Translations under genes and position numbers: made by a program
The notes under the pieces: model-generated
What the model was told of the DNA's origin: nothing
Seen by the model: only the letters and a program-made list of their open reading frames with translations
Database searches by the model: none
DNA from: Candidatus Bathyarchaeota archaeon
Lineage (GTDB): Archaea > Thermoproteota > Bathyarchaeia > Bathyarchaeales > Bathycorpusculaceae
DNA: 64,000 nucleotides
Direction of reading: 5' to 3'
Assembly (NCBI GenBank): GCA_963717465.1
Contig: OY970340.1
Location: 480,001-544,000, forward strand
In this document: in pieces, positions 62,773-64,000 of the stretch
How the letters are laid out: each line of letters starts with the position of its first letter
Numbering within the stretch: the stretch's first letter is position 1

Positions 62773-63651
62773 TTAAGATACGGTGATGTAACTATCTGCC
62801 GGCAAAGCCGATGGAGTCTTGAACGCAACTGTAAGCGTTGAGGAATCTTGCGTTTTTATCTCAACAGTTATTGCTGACGTAGCAGAGGCCTGTGCATTAG
62901 AGCTGAGGGTAATTATCAAGTAACCTTCTGAACCGGAATCTAGTGTCTGGTCTCCATTGCTATTAGCGATTGCAAGGACTGCCCCAGTGCTAAACCCATT
63001 TGCATACGCTGTGGAATATGTTCCATTTACGTATGTGCTGCAGGAGGCGCCGCTCGTTGTTTGATTTGCTAGTTCAAAGCCGACAAAGTTGTCGAATTGC
63101 TGTCCAACTGGGTCGTATACTGTACTTGTTGCATTGTAAACGATGTCGTCATTGGTATATCCTGTGTACATGATGCCATGATACACATTTGCCCAAGCTT
63201 GATTACCAACTTGAAGCATCACGCTTGTTTCGTTTCCTTGCATGTTAACGGAGTTTACCCCAAATGCCTTTAATGGAATTACAATGAGGTCTATAGATCC
63301 GCCACTTGAGGTTGTTCGAACAATGGTCGACCCATCCGTCATCAAAGGTGTACTTGCTTCCTGTAGTCCCTGTTGGATCACAGTTTTGCCTTCATTTGTT
63401 GCGAATAATCCCTGGTTGACAACCATGAAGCTGAAGGCTGCGGCAATAGTTACGAAGGCGATGAGTATAATTGCGGTTTCTAAACCTACGATACCCCGTT
63501 TTTGCTTTACAAAATCCTCCAGGAATTTAGCTCGTCCTGAATTGCGAACTTTTTGATTACATGAAGGACAACTTACCATTTGAAGTACAGATCTTGTATT
63601 CCATTGGTATCCACATTTTGGGCATTTTATGTTCGGTTTTTGTTTAATCAA
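62773..63651 (-). CDS. arlB: Archaellin with N-terminal C4 zinc-ribbon leader
   Basis: CPKCGYQW..CPSC precedes KQKRG|IVGLETAIILIAFVTIAAAFSFMVV in one frame. Confidence 0.82.
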   Translation of the reverse strand: MIKQKPNIKCPKCGYQWNTRSVLQMVSCPSCNQKVRNSGRAKFLEDFVKQKRGIVGLETAIILIAFVTIAAAFSFMVVNQGLFATNEGKTVIQQGLQEASTPLMTDGSTIVRTTSSGGSIDLIVIPLKAFGVNSVNMQGNETSVMLQVGNQAWANVYHGIMYTGYTNDDIVYNATSTVYDPVGQQFDNFVGFELANQTTSGASCSTYVNGTYSTAYANGFSTGAVLAIANSNGDQTLDSGSEGYLIITLSSNAQASATSAITVEIKTQDSSTLTVAFKTPSALPADSYITVS

Positions 63652-63687
63652 CTTATACCACTTCTACTACTTCTACCACTTCTACTT
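63652..63687 (-). repeat. Four 9-bp direct repeats abutting the archaellin start codon
   Basis: Minus strand AAGTAGAAG TGGTAGAAG TAGTAGAAG TGGTATAAG then TTG; TATA TTTAAATA at 63721-63728. Confidence 0.8.
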
Positions 63688-64000
63688 ATAGTAGTTAGTA
63701 TTAAGTATTAAGATATACTATATTTAAACTTATTGCAAATAAGTATTCAAAAAACTAACCGTACTACACAAATACAAAATCATAATAGAAATCCATAACT
63801 AAAAAAATGATGGAAAAATAAGAACTGAAAAACTAAAACAAAATCAGAACTTAAACGGACATTTTTAATGAAGGCATCGTATTCAACATAGAATTTATCA
63901 AATTATAAGAAACTATCCAAGTTGCTCCGCTTAAAACAAACAAGATTCCAAGATTCAGGAAAAATGTTCCCCAGTATCCGCCAGAAACCGCTTTAATCGA

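Overview
Archaeal chromosomal segment from a TACK-group archaeon, most likely Bathyarchaeia. This is inferred from the rps26e, alba, serS, rps3ae, rpoK, thermosome, class I LysRS, cofD, UPF0147/UPF0148 and archaellin gene set. Housekeeping blocks (about 7.8-19.7 kb, 34.3-39.6 kb and 55.2-60.7 kb) alternate with accessory blocks carrying ABC exporters, regulators, two vapBC modules, surface proteins, a MoxR/transglutaminase cluster and gene remnants. Many genes, including ribosomal protein genes, carry single-base frameshifts, which probably reflect long-read assembly errors. Two observations stand out. (1) A Mo/W-bisPGD oxidoreductase at the left edge has an in-frame TGA exactly at the metal-ligand Cys/Sec position. 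The frame stays open for 193 more codons, and a hairpin resembling a bacterial-type SECIS follows the TGA directly, making it a candidate selenoprotein in a lineage where I know of no Sec use. It lies close to a TusA/DsrE/CoADR-rhodanese sulfur-relay operon and an unexplained structured RNA-like element. (2) An archaellin has a class III signal peptide expanded into a 53-aa C4 zinc-ribbon leader that prepilin-peptidase cleavage would release into the cytoplasm, and four 9-bp direct repeats abut its start codon. Also seen: a minimal vapBC islet integrated at tRNA-Arg, a paired RHH/V4R-like regulator module with candidate operators next to a coiled-coil-stalk surface protein, and tandem TetR-type operators. 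No CRISPR array, rRNA or intact transposase was found.
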